In this document: piece after piece, positions 1-13,485 of the stretch
Layout of the letters: the number at the start of each line of letters is the position of its first letter
Numbering within the stretch: position 1 is the first letter of the stretch
Source: the human T2T-CHM13v2.0 reference genome, Homo sapiens
DNA: 64,000 bases
NCBI RefSeq assembly: GCF_009914755.1
Contig: NC_060927.1
Strand: one strand, 5' to 3'
Position numbers and translations under genes: made by a program
The notes under the pieces: model-generated
Seen by the model: the letters and a program-made list of their open reading frames with translations, nothing else
What the model was told of the DNA's origin: nothing
Database searches by the model: none

Positions 1-388
1 ATGAAATGATAAAAATAAAAGCATTAAACTTAATTCTGTAGCATCTATATTAATATAAGACCAAAAAGCGTTAGACAAAAATACTAACATTTAAAAATTG
101 AGATATGATGACTAAGGGGCATTTTGGAAGGAGGGCATAAAATCTGTATATTCACCTAATTGAGCTTCAAAATATATGAAGCATGGAGTGATTACCTATA
201 GGGAGATATCAGCAGATCTGTAATCACATTTGGAGCTTTTTATCATCATTCACACAGTATTAGAATAATTAAATAAAAATGTGACAAGATACATAGCATA
301 TTTAAACACCATCAACCAACCTGACTTAATTGATATATTAAAACACTACAATCTACTACAAAAAAAATTTTCTCTTCCAGTACACATG

Positions 389-745
389 TGATATGGTTTG
401 GCTCTGCATGCCCACCCAAATCTCACCTTGAATTGTAATAACCCCCATGTGTCAAGGGTGGAACCAAGTGGAGAAAATTGAATCATGGGAGCAGTTTGTC
501 CCATGCTGTTCCTGTGACAGCGAGTGAGTTCTCACGAGATCTGATGGTTTTTATAAGGGGCTTCCTCCTTTTCTCAGCACTGATTCTCTCTCCTGCTGCC
601 CTGTGAAGAGGTGCCTTCTGACATGATTGTAAGTTTCCTGAGGCCTCCCCAGCATGCACAACTGTGCGTCAATTAAAACTCGTATCTTTATAAATTTCCC
701 AGTCTTGGGTACTTTGTCATAGTAGCATAAGAACAGACTAATACA
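389..745 (+). mobile_element. THE1-family (ERVL-MaLR) solo LTR
   Basis: Starts 'tgatatggtttggctctg', ends 'gaacagactaataca'; 5-bp TSD acatg/acata. Confidence 0.9.
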
Positions 746-1261
746 ACATAGAATTATTGAAAATTCAGATTATGGTCTTTAACCACAGTGAAAAAAAAAT
801 TAGGACTTTGTAACAATGCAACTATTAGAAAATTACTGCATTTTTGGAATTAAAATAACACATTTCTAAAAAGCCCCTGGGTCAAAAATAAAATGATAAG
901 TTATATAAAACTGACTGCCTTTTAGGATGTAGCTAAGCAGTGTTTAGAGGGAAATTTATAACTTTAAAAGATCATATTTGAATAAAAATATTTAATAATC
1001 TATCACCTAAATTTCCCCATAAAATTCAGAAAAAGCCGAACAGGTGAAATCAAAAGTTAATAGAAGGAAAATAATTAAGACCAGGGAAAATTCAATGAGA
1101 TAATAATAATAAAAAAAACAGGACAATTTAACAAAGTTGAAATCAGAAAAATGAATTTTAAAAATCAGTTTACAGTAAAAAATATTTAAATAGGTAAACA
1201 AAGTAAATTTTTAGGAATGAATAAAAAAAGTTCAAGATTTCTACACTGAAAAGTGGAAAAA

Positions 1262-1582
<321 letters not shown>

Positions 1583-2882
1583 TTATGAAGACCTAGATAA
1601 ATGGAGCAATAAACCATCTTCATTAATTTGAAAATTCAATATTTTCAAAGTGTCAATATTTGTACATTGTTCCATACATTTTATGCAAATTTAGTAAAAA
1701 TGCCAATGGGCTTCCTTGGAAAAATTTGATAATTTTTTTCAAATACTCATATGAAAATGCAAAGAACTTGGAATAGTCAAGACATTTCCCCAAAAAAGGT
1801 CACTGTTGTAGAACACATACTAACTGTTATCAAAACTTACTATAAACTTATAATAATCAATATAATATACTAATGGACAAGAATAGAAAAGCATATCAAA
1901 AGCATAATAGCACAGATAATCCAGAAATAGATTCACACTTATAAATTCAATTGATGTTTGAAAAAGTTCTATGAAAAAAAAATGATGGAAGAAATTTTTC
2001 TTTAGCAAATGGAGCTAGAAAAACTGAATAAACATATTAAAAACACAATATTTGCACTTTCTCCCAATATATGAAGAAATCAATTAAAGATAAATTATAG
2101 ACCTAAAGATAGAGCTAACTATACAATTATTAAAAGAAAATTTAGTGGAAATTTATTGCTTTGAGGTAGGCAAATATTTCTGAAAGAAAATTAAAAAAAG
2201 ATTTACTATATACCATTAAGAAAATAAATATGAACTTAGAAAAACATTTATATTACATATGACAGACAAGGGATTTATATACAGAATATATCAGAAATTC
2301 TTATAAATTGGATAGTAAAAACGTAACAACCATTTAAAAACTGCTTAAAATATATGAACAAACACTTCACAAGAAGGCATATAGATGGGCAGTGCCAGTA
2401 AGAAAGTCATCAATATCATTTCTTATCAGAGAAATACAAATTAAAACCACAATGTGCTACATCTGCTGAGATGGCTAACATTAAAATGAGAACAATAAAT
2501 ATTGGCAAAGATGTAAAGCAATTGGAACTCTTCTACAGTAACGAAGACGTATAAGATTATATAATTGCTTCAAGGACATGTTATAAAATGAGAAGAAAAA
2601 AATCAGTAGGCAAGTAAGGATTAGGACAAGTTTTTCTTTTGCATTATAGAGAGTATAGTAAATAATTATTCTATTCTATCCTTAGAGTTTACCAATACTT
2701 GCATGAAGGAAGACTAGAATAAAGTAAGCCTGAACATATTTATGAAGTGGGAAATTTGAGGAAAACTGAGGCTAACTGCAAATATATAAAACCAAGAAAC
2801 AGGATTTTACAAATCTCCATATAGCGCTATTTTAAAAAAATATTTTCAAAAGATAAGTGCTGAATGGGACATTATTATATAA

Positions 2883-3250
2883 TGCAATAGACTTAATGTT
2901 TTCTGTTCCCTTCCTTCCAAATTCATTCGTTGAAATCCTACCCCCGAATGTGATGATATTCGGCAGTGGGGCTTTTGGAAGGTAATTAGATCATCAGGAT
3001 GGAGCCCTCACAAATAGGATTAGTACTCTTATAAAAGGGACACCAAAGAGTCCTCTTACTCCCTTTCTGCGATACAAGGATACGATGTAAGACTGCTATT
3101 TGCAAAAAGAGTCTGCACCAGAACTGAACTATGCTGGCACCCTGATCTTGGTGGGGACTTCCAGCGACCACAATTGAGACAAATGAATTTCTGTTTATAA
3201 GCCATCCAGACTGTGCTACTTAGCTACAGTAGCCCAAAATGACTAAGACA
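2883..3250 (+). mobile_element. MLT1A-like (MaLR) solo LTR
   Basis: 'aaattcattcgttgaaatccta', 'gctggcaccctgatcttgg', 3' end 'gactaagaca'. Confidence 0.8.
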
Positions 3251-6200
3251 TATGGTGATGTATATGTATTCTGCTTTGTTTCTGTGGATCGCTATTTTAA
3301 TTGGGTGAGAAGAGTAAGTAGGCAAATTCATGTGTTCTGCCCAGCATTAAGAACCAGAACTAAAAAATCCTCTTTCAAATGCAAATTTCTCTACTCTACT
3401 CTTTGCTTGAATTCTGGAAGATAAAGAGAAATAAGAAAGGGGAGGCCAAGGTAATGTTTTAAATGAGTAATGACTTTCCATACAATACAATGGTCACAGT
3501 AATACTATTACACAAATACAAGAATAAAACTGGAAACCAGTCTGAAATCTCTGCTGTTATATCCAAGTGTTTTCATTTGAAAACATTTCATTTTGAAAGA
3601 ATTTTTAAAATTCTCTATGTCCTCACACATTTTAAACTTGACATCAATATTATCATAATTTTACACAGTTATTTTACAGTTAATTTTAAAGGCTTCTAGC
3701 AATTTTTTAATTCAATCCTATTTTAAACAGAAAATAAAATCCATTGACAGCACAAATTCAGATATAGTGCTATTGGTTTCCATCCTTCACAGCAGCTTCA
3801 CTGTGGTCATTTAATTAAGTTTACCATAATTAAGCTCTGCATTTAGTACAGTTTAAATATTTGAACTTCACTTACAGTGTTAGATTCAATGTTGAACCTC
3901 ACTTACATTTTTTATGAAGACCAAGAATCTTCAGAAGCAGTCTTTTCAAATTATGAGAAATGTCAATCATGTAACCAAAATGGCAAAGGCAGCTCTTATC
4001 AGCCAAAATCAGACTGAATTTCAATGAAAATGTCTGCCTTCATTTTTAATTTATAATTAAACTTAATTTTATATTGCCATGATTGAAATCTCACTGCTGA
4101 ATTCCAAGATAAATCTATAAGTTAGATAATTTATACAAAGCTCCACCCTTAGTTTTTTATATGAATAAATTAGAGTGCTGCCCCTTAGATATTGTCCTTT
4201 TTATTTTACCCTTATATTGCTCTTCTCAAAAGCAATGTATCTAACAGAATTGTTTGGTGCTTGAATGCATTTTTACCCTGTGGGAACACACCACATTATG
4301 TGGGATGGGTGAGATGCACTCTCTTCTTTTGTATAGTGAGTGATAAAAAGACAATTTTGAAAGGAGAGACAGAAAAAAAGATTTGGCAGATTACAGATGT
4401 TCTATGGCAGATTTTTTTTTAGAAAAAGACACATATTGAAGTTGAAGATCTGAAAATTGATTTTTAAAAAAGCTGTTTATGTGTATGCCCATGTACCTGC
4501 TAGAAACTCTTTATGTATCCTCAGATGCTGAGGTACCCAATTTTGAAGACTACTGCTTTATAAAATAATAGTTCAAAAATGTTGTCTTAGTGACATTTTT
4601 CACAATTTCTTTCCAACAATAAGACCTTATAGGTTTTTCCAGGAAAAATTACAGAATAGAATGACTCAAAATTTAAAAACGCAAGGCTGCAAGTATGGAT
4701 TTATTCTTTTTTACTACTTTAGTCTTTTTGTCTCTCTTGTATGTGAATACACATGCAAACATACATACCTAAACAGAAAATTTTCATTCATGTTTAACAT
4801 TCAGTTATTAAATGGAGTAATAAATAAAGTTATTTATGTATCAGGTTCTTTGCTAGCCTCTGTCGATATAAATATTTACAAGGTACAACACTTAACCCAA
4901 AGGATGTACGGTTTAGAGAGGAAGAAACACTGAGAGTTGTCACCTTGCCACATTCTGGGTTGTCTTATTACATAACAGTGATTTGTACATGAATGGCTAC
5001 CACCAATGCTGATGGGAGCTACCAGGCTGCAATGTCCTGCCCACCCAGCACTGCATGTGCTGCCATATTCATAGCTGCCCTTAAGGTCCAAGGTAATGCT
5101 TTCTGGTAATAACTCAGTGCAAACAAAATGTTGATGTGCCTGGAAAAATAGCTGTAATGCATTTTTGTTTGTTCTATTTTATTTATTTTTAATGGTAGCC
5201 CTAAACTCAAAAAGAACCAATGCCCCACCCTGGACTAACCCCTTAAATAAGCACCGTCCCTTGGATTGCAGAAGCTCAGTGGAAGCTCTCTCCTTCAGAT
5301 ATGTTCTTTATGAGGGCTGCTTTGTGTTATAAACATGAAAAAAAGCTAAATAGCATTAACTATGAAAAATTAGGTATTTCAATGTATATAAGGCTGTAAT
5401 TCCAATGATATCCATGAAAATTAATAAATTAAGCCTCTAAAACTTCTTAGGGATTTACTCATTTCTTCTAAGAGCAGATTTTTAAAAGCACATTTGACCT
5501 AAAAAGAATTGTTTGATTTTTTTTAAAACAGGTTCCTATCATCAAAATTTATTGTCTTTAACTTTATTTTGAATATGCTTCGTGGCCATAAAATGAAGCT
5601 ATATGGAGCAGAAAAAAAATGCTAGTAGAACATAAAAACTGTGACTTAAAAACAAAAAGTAAACCTAAGTAGAGTTTGTATTTCATAGATTTTCTGATGC
5701 TTTACTACAAATTAAAGATTCTTTCCTGCTGGTCACTGAACATGTGGCAATGAGGTTCACTTTCTTGCCACACAATAATTTTTATTCACCAAAATGAGTC
5801 TCAAATAACTGCACTGATTCCTCCACACTTGATGCTACTTAACCAGAAAAAAAAGTATTGTATAAAAGGCATTTAAAAATACGAATAGCAGCAAAGAGTA
5901 GCTAGTAAAGCTTTAGTGAGATTTTCTGTTTAGAAAAATGTTAGCATTCCTGCAGAACAAGATCAATATTGACTTATTTTACCTAGATATTTTGGAAAAC
6001 TTCATAACAGTCGTATTTTCATCATGGACTTTAAGGAGAGTATATGGCAAAGGGTTCTATAAAGATTGCCCAGTCTATACCAAAATTGACCAAATTCAAA
6101 ATATTGGCATGTATTCTTCCTAAACTTGATCTATACTGATAAGAATTTTCCAGGCCAACCATATGAAGTGTTAGACCTGATGAAAATCAAAAGGAAAGAT

Positions 6201-6529
6201 ATCAGTAAGATTCCAAAAAGACGAATAACCACACAAAATTCCAAATATCGTGCCTGTTTGAACGTGCGTATTTCTCAAAAGCATGCCTGCCTTTTAAATA
6301 AGAAACTTTCTTTTCTATTTATAAAGTTATCATTCTAGTAGATCAATTGAAGTTTTAGATTAATGAACTTAACCTCTATTGTAGGGGCCTGGTAGAACCC
6401 AAGGACAATTTCATTGTAATTATTATTACAGTTAATATTATTTTTATTCTTATTTATTTATGTACTCTGCGACTTCTGTGCGCCAAATAATATCTTCCGT
6501 ACATGCAGAGATTATCTGAAAAATCGGTA

Positions 6530-6695
6530 ACTAAAACATACCTGTGAGAAGGTGTTTTTATCTTCATAATTTTACAGATAGGGATGCTAGGCTCAAAAGA
6601 AGTAAGTTATCCATTGTTGAACTCTGAATAAGTATTTGATTCAAGATCTAAATCCAAATAAGACTGGTGCCAAATCCTATGGTCTTACCACTGCT
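6530..6695 (-). mobile_element. MIR fragment
   Basis: 'attttacagatagggatgctaggctcaaaagaagtaagt' resembles the MIR core in reverse orientation. Confidence 0.55.
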
Positions 6696-6949
6696 AGACA
6701 CTTAAAAGAGCTTCCAAACAAGAGATTTCAGTACTAGAACAGTAACAAACCTCTAGAAATTCGTAAAGAAAACAGTTATTAAATAATGTCTTCTATTTTC
6801 AAAAGTAGTATGCAGGTCTTTAGGATTCACAAACTGCAATTGTCAGAATCCCTTAATAAATTTTAAATATTTGATTCTGAGAGTCCTGATAAAATTAAAC
6901 TATGATATTTTATTGGTTTACTCCTATGTGTTTTACGAATGCTCTATTT

Positions 6950-8600
6950 CTTTTTTGTTTGTTTCCTTTCCAACTTTTGTTTTAGGTTCAAGGGGTGCGT
7001 GTGCAGGCTTGTTACATGAGTAATTCTGTGCTACGGGGATTTGGTGTATGGATAATTTTATCTTCCAAGTAATCAGCATAATCACCAATAGGTAGTTTTC
7101 ATTCCTAACCATCCTCCCACCTTCCACCCTCAAGTGGAATTGTTCTCTCCTTTGTGTCCATGAGTACTTTATTTTCAGCTTCAACTTATATGTGAAAACA
7201 TGCAGTATTTGATTTCCTGTTCAGACATTCATTCACTCAGGATAATGGCCTCTAGCTTTATCCATGTTGCTGCAAAGGACAGGATCTAATTCTTTTTCTT
7301 GGCTGTGTAGCATTCCATGGTGTGTCTGTACCATATTTCTTTTATCCAGTCCACCATTAATGGACATGTAGGTTGATTCCATGTCTTTGCTTTTGTGAAT
7401 AGCACTGAGATGAATGCACATGTGTATGTCTTTATGGTAGAACAATTTATATTCCTTTAGGTATATACCCAGTAATGGGATTACTGGGTCGAATGATAGT
7501 TCTATTTTAAGTTCTTTGAGAAATCTCCAGACTGCTTCCCACAGTGGCTGAACTAATTTATATTCCCACCAGCATTGTATAAGCATGCCCTTTTCTCTGC
7601 AACCTCCCCAGCATCTGTTATTTTTTGACTTTTTCATAATAATCATTCTGAATGGTGTGAGATGCTATCTCATTGTGATTTTGGTTTGTATTTCCCAAAT
7701 AGCGATAATGAGCAGTTTTTCGTATGCTTGTTGGCTACATGTATGCCTTCTTTTTAGAAGTGTCTGTTATGTCCTTTGCCCATTTTTTAATGGCATTGTT
7801 TGGTTTCTGCTCCCATATTTGTTCAAGTTCCTTATAGGTTCTGGATATTAGACCTTTGTCAGGTGCATAATTTGCAAATATTTTCTCCCATTTTGCAGGT
7901 TGTTTGTTTACTTTGTTGATAGTTTCTTTTGCTGTGCAGAAGTTCTTTAGTTTGATTAGTTCCCACTTATCTATGTTTTTGTTGCAATTGTTTTTGATGT
8001 CTTTGTTACAAAATTTTTGGCAGGGCTGATGTCCAGAATGCTATTTTCTAGGTTTTCTTCTAGGATTTTTATAGATATAGGTTTTACAGTTAAGTATTTA
8101 ATCCATCTTGAGTTCATTTTGTATATGGTGAAAGGTAGGGGTCCAGTTTCAACTTCTGCATATGGCTAGCCAGTTATTCCAGCACCATTTATTGAATAGG
8201 GAGTCCTTCCCTCGATAGTTGTTATTCTTGGCTTTGTCATGGATCAGATGGTTGTAGGTGTGCAGGTGTGTAGCTTTATTCTGGGTCCTCTAACCTGTTC
8301 CATTGGTCTATGTGTTGTTTTTATACTAGTATCATGTTGTTTTAGTTACTATAGCCTTGCGGTATAGTTTGAAGTTGAGTAGTGTGATGTCTCCAGCTTT
8401 GGTGTTTTGTTTTTGTTTTTGTTTTTTGCTCAGGATTTATTGGGCTATTTGGGGTCTTTTTGTTTACAAACGTATTTTAGAATTTTTTTTCTTCTAATTC
8501 TGTGAAAAATTTCATTGGTACTCTGACAGGAATAGCATTGAATGTGTAAATTGTTTTGGGCATTATGGCCATTTTAACACTACTAATTTTTCTATCCATG
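6950..8600 (-). mobile_element. 5'-truncated L1 (old L1PA/L1PB-like): ORF2 C-terminus plus 3' UTR
   Basis: T-rich tail at 6950; ORF 7233-7646 gives ORF2 C-terminal peptide 'NNRCWGGC...WWEYKLVQPLW'; degenerate TSD gaatgctctatttc/gagtgctgtattc. Confidence 0.93.
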
Positions 8601-9526
8601 GAGTGCTGTATTCTAATAAACACATCAATTTGGTGATCTGGAAACAGACGCTTTTCATGTAACTTAGAATAGGAAAGACACTGGTCATTGATCCAATAGC
8701 AAATATAATTTCATTTCTGTTCAGCTGACTAATATTTAATTTTTGTCTATGGCATTAAGTTTGTTCTATTACTTACAATTAAAATCTACATCTTTGCTCA
8801 TTAGTAACCTCTCAGGCTAAGCCTATGCTAAGTCATTTTATTACACATTTTTAAGCTGCAAGTGATACAATAGAAGCAACTGATAGAATATACTCCCTGC
8901 ATATTTCCTGAAAATTCATATTACATCAGTATACAATATTCAGAAGAAAATTGTGCAATATATTGTGGTGGTGAATACTCTAAAGCACATTAAAGATTTT
9001 TCTTTTTTGCTAAATAAAAGTCTAACAGAAAGAATAACATTATTTGTGGAACCTATTAAAATACAATTCGATTTACTAGATTTTTAAAATGTTGGCGCAG
9101 CTAGGACTTTAACATTTTGTTTATTTCGTTAGTGAAAAGATCCTTCAATATTCTCACATAACATTGATTTGATTTTGAAGAGATGGGAGATAAATGAGAT
9201 CCAGTGGATTCCCCTTGTAACATTCTAGATAATACATGACATAAGATAACTGCATAACTATAAAGGAAATGTCCGACAGCACATGTTTAATCCAGGAAAG
9301 AACTGTTATTTCTGTCACAGAATAGTAATTTTATGTAGAAATTCTGCTAAGCTTAGCTAGTATGTTTTCTTCACTTCCTAGAAGAAAAGCTTACATTATC
9401 TTTGCAAAATATATTTATAATAATGTATAGTTATTAGTATTTAATAAAACAGTTTGGGTAGAACAAAACAGTATTTTAAGGTATTTGTCTTTAATACTGA
9501 ATCAACAACTTCAGTGTTGGCATTCT

Positions 9527-9685
9527 CTGATGGTTTCCAACACTAAATTTTCATAAGAATTACCTGTGGATGTCTGGACCCCCTCTAAAACTTATTTTCA
9601 TTTTGTCTAGATTTGAGTCCAAGCAGAAACACTTTGAAAAATCTCCTTAGTTATTTCTTACGTGCAGTAGGGTTGAGAACCACTG
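9527..9685. mobile_element. MER5-like hAT-Charlie DNA transposon fossil
   Basis: Terminus 'ggttgagaaccactg' and degenerate opposite end 'tggtttccaac'. Confidence 0.55.
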
Positions 9686-10469
9686 TTTTAAATTAAAATC
9701 AATAGATGAATTAAGAGGAGCTCCTGAATCCTGGCAGAAAATGGAAAGTGACTTTTAAGAGAAATGTTCTTTTGATAAAGCAAGGTTATTTATGCCAATT
9801 TCAAATACCTGGTGATTTTCATTCTCACAGTCACCTAACTTTCATATTTCTCTTCATTAATAATTAATTTCTACAGGGAAACATCTATCCACTGTCTAAG
9901 ATGTTTATTGTAGAAACATTTGACAGAGAGTTCGCAGCACCAGTTCATCAATTTTGAAGAAAGAAACATTTTGGAGTAATGGCACAATGTCCCTAACTCC
10001 ACCTTTACTCCTCAGAAGCCATGCTAATGAATTAACAAAACCATGTTAATTCTTACTGAATTTTACAAATATGTAAAGCAAGCTGAATAGCTATTTCCAT
10101 GTTTTAACTCTTGTGATGAAGTGGTAGTAAAATAGTTACGGGGAGAAACGGAGGAAGTAAATGTACAGTAGTTTGCTCTCTTACAAAAAGAAAAGTTTCT
10201 GAAGATTTTAAAAATTGGAAATCCAAAAATGTTTTTCCACAGTAATGGAGCTTCTCCAACTAGATGGTGGGAGCATAATGCAGGACATTTAACAAAGTCT
10301 GTGATGTGAAATATGAGGCAAGCTACAGTCCAGGACACAGCCTCCCTTGACTGTGCTCTCCTTCTCCTTCCTTGGTGTTGGATACAGAATATAGAGAGGA
10401 AAGAAGAGGAGACAGAGAATCACAGGTCCTCAAACTGTGTCTTGGTTGTAGGGAGTTAGTCTGTAATTC

Positions 10470-11420
10470 TGTGATAAGGGACAGAAAAATTCACTAACTG
10501 TATCAGATAAAAGAGAAATAAATGAACAAGGTTATTTAAAAGGTCAAGATTTTTAAAAAATGAAAGAGAAATCTACATTGTCACAAAAAAACAAAAAAAT
10601 CCAACTCAAATAAATAAAAATACAAAAAACAGAAGTAATTTTTTCAGATAATTTTTGTTCTGTGGAATGAAATATGAATATGAATTCAACAGAAAAAATA
10701 TATAGCTAAAATAGAAATAGAAGAAAATACATATTTAAAATATAAGAAAAAACATTTATGACCAAAATACATTATTATTAAAATGCTGAAAAAATTTAAA
10801 TGACAAGAAGTGTAGAAATTTCTGAAAATTAAATTACTTATATTGAATAAAGACTCAAGATATCATTGATTATGCATAAAAATACAAAGAAATTAAAGCT
10901 ATCAGCAAGAAGCAGAATCATATGGAAGAAATAAACATCTATACAACAGAGGCATTATTGAATTCCCAAGAAAAGAAACCAAAACATATGTATCAAAAAA
11001 TAGAAATATAAGCAAATTTCTCTTCAGTAGAGAACTAATCTGTAGTTTGGAAAAGCATATCTAGTTCCAGAAAAATTTCATATATAATATGTAACATATT
11101 TTATACAAATTTGTTAAAATTTATTTATGAAGAAACAATATTTTGGATATTCATGTAGAGAAAATAATTATTTCAAGGAAAATAGTAAAACCAGGAGCAA
11201 CATTCAATGCCCAATGCATTACAGTACCAACCTTTGTTTCTTTCACAAGAAAGAAATCCTGCTAAGCTTAGCTAGTATGTATTCTTCATTTCCTAGAAGA
11301 AAAGCTTACACAAGAAAGAAATAAAAAATGATATCTAGCAAACAGGGTAAAGTTCAATTATAAGGCAAAAGTGAAAGAATTTAAAGTAGCCAGGCCTTTC
11401 GGAGACAAGAAAATACCTTA
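10470..11420 (+). mobile_element. Probable ancient L1 fragment (ORF1-like region)
   Basis: Strongly A-rich + strand with weak resemblance to old L1 ORF1; inferred mainly from composition. Confidence 0.4.
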
Positions 11421-11440
11421 TTAAAAAATCAAAAAAATTA

Positions 11441-11543
11441 TGATGTGACCATTATACATTGTATGCGTGTGTCAGAGTATCTCATGTACCCCATAAATAT
11501 ATACACCTACTATGTGCCCACAAAACTTAAAAATAAAAAAAAA
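11441..11543 (+). mobile_element. L1MA-like 3' terminal fragment
   Basis: 'atctcatgtaccccataaatatatacacctactatgtgcccacaaaa' followed by A tail. Confidence 0.85.
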
Positions 11544-13029
11544 CCACTACATTAAAAAGGTGTGTGTAGACCATTTAATTTTCTAGAACGTAGAAGATAA
11601 TTTGTATTAGTCCTGTGAATCCTGACCCACCACAGGATGTAAATATTATAAACTGGATTCTACAAGGCTATAGTAGAACTAACAAAAAGAAGCTATTGTT
11701 CCACCTTTCACAGGAGGAAGTTAATAATTAATGTCTATAATTAAAATTGATACTTCAAATGACCTCAATACCTTAATATAAAATATATTTTCTCAATTTT
11801 ATAAATACTTTTAAGAAATATATCTATTGGTGAGGATACACATAAAGAGTATATCTTATAGATATTTTAGAATTCTAGGAAATAATAATCAGCAATATAG
11901 AATGTACATTATTATGTATGCTTATGCCAAACATAGCAAATCTTAGGAAAACACAGCACACATATTATTCATACTAACAAGAATCACACATAAGCATGTG
12001 GCATTCTCATTGCAGCTAAGGAAGTTTAACTGCATTAGTAAGATCAGTAGCTGCCTCTTGACCAGGTAGTTCCTATTATGACAGAGTTGCCGAACTCTCT
12101 TATATTTTTTTCTCTTGTTCATCTGGTTTATATAAAATCATATAAATTTCCTACTAATTCTGAGCCTGTTCTGCTATCTTCTTATGAAGGCTATTAGCCT
12201 CCAAAATTGTTCCAAATATTTTCCCCTCACTTCAATTAACTAGAACTGCTTTTATTTTTGGAATTAATGGACATCGAATCAACTATAGTCCAATACTCTT
12301 TTTCCTTCCCAGTCTCCGAAGACTTCAAAACTGTTCCCACAAATAATCAATTTATCTTCCTTCTCCATCTCTGGGAGTAGTTTCTTATTTCTCTTGTGAA
12401 ATAATGTGCTCCTAGAAAAATCTGGAAGGAGGTTTTCCTTCAGCTTAGTCCTTTCAGTATCAACTAACTCGTTTCTTCTACAACATCAAGAACAAGACTG
12501 TAGATCACTTTTCTACAGGTTATACACTTCTTCAACAGAAGTATGTTTATAATGCCCTTCAATTTTAGGTCAATAGATTGATATATATATATACACATCA
12601 ATTATGGAAAGAAAGTTGGTGATAAGTAGGATGAAGAGCAGGTACTAAACTCTGAAGAAGAGGTAGATTCAAAGATAGGTTTTTGCATAGAACAGTGATG
12701 GGAAAACAGATCCTTCGAGTGAGCTCCTATAAATAGTTTCTCCTAACAGCTGATATAACAACTAACTACTACTAATTGTCCCTTTTACTAAAATAGAAAC
12801 ATTGGATAAAATATTTGCTTAGGTAAAAGTTAAGCTGATTTATCTGCAGTAATATATTGCATATCTTAAATAGCTTCACAATATTTTACAGTGACTAAAT
12901 TTGGGCCCCAATATAACAGAAATGGGCAAGTAAGTTACCAAATTACATGACATGGAACATGGTTAAAATAGTGTTACTTCGGAAAAGTTTTCTGAAGCTG
13001 AAAACCAAATTTTTGTCATTTACCAAAAC

Positions 13030-13485
13030 CTCAGGGTGGCATTTATGACCCACAGCTTCTCATACTCTATTCGCTTCTGCCCTTGTTCCATCCACACTGG
13101 CTTTCTTCTAGTTTTTTAAGCATGCACATCCACTCTCCACTTTGTCTTGTGTGTTCGCTTGGTACTGAATGCTTTTCCACTTTATTTTCTCATAATGGGC
13201 TTTCTTTTGTACCTCAGCTTTCGTGGTCAACTTAACTTCTTCAGAGAGATATTAGCTTGACCCCCTATCCCAGAAAGCTCCTCAATCACTAGCACATGAA
13301 TAATTCTCTGTAAAGCACTTGTCACCACAGAAACTTTTCCTGCTTACTTATATACAAATGTATTTACTTACCATCTGACTCCCCCTACTACAGTGTAAGA
13401 GTTTTGAAAGTGTGAGATTTTGACTGTCAGATTGCTAGAACTTAGAAAGATTTAATAAATATTTGTTGCATCAATGAACGAAATT
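13030..13485 (+). mobile_element. L2 3' fragment
   Basis: 'ccacactggctttcttc' and terminal 'aataaatatttgttgcatcaatgaacgaa'. Confidence 0.7.
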
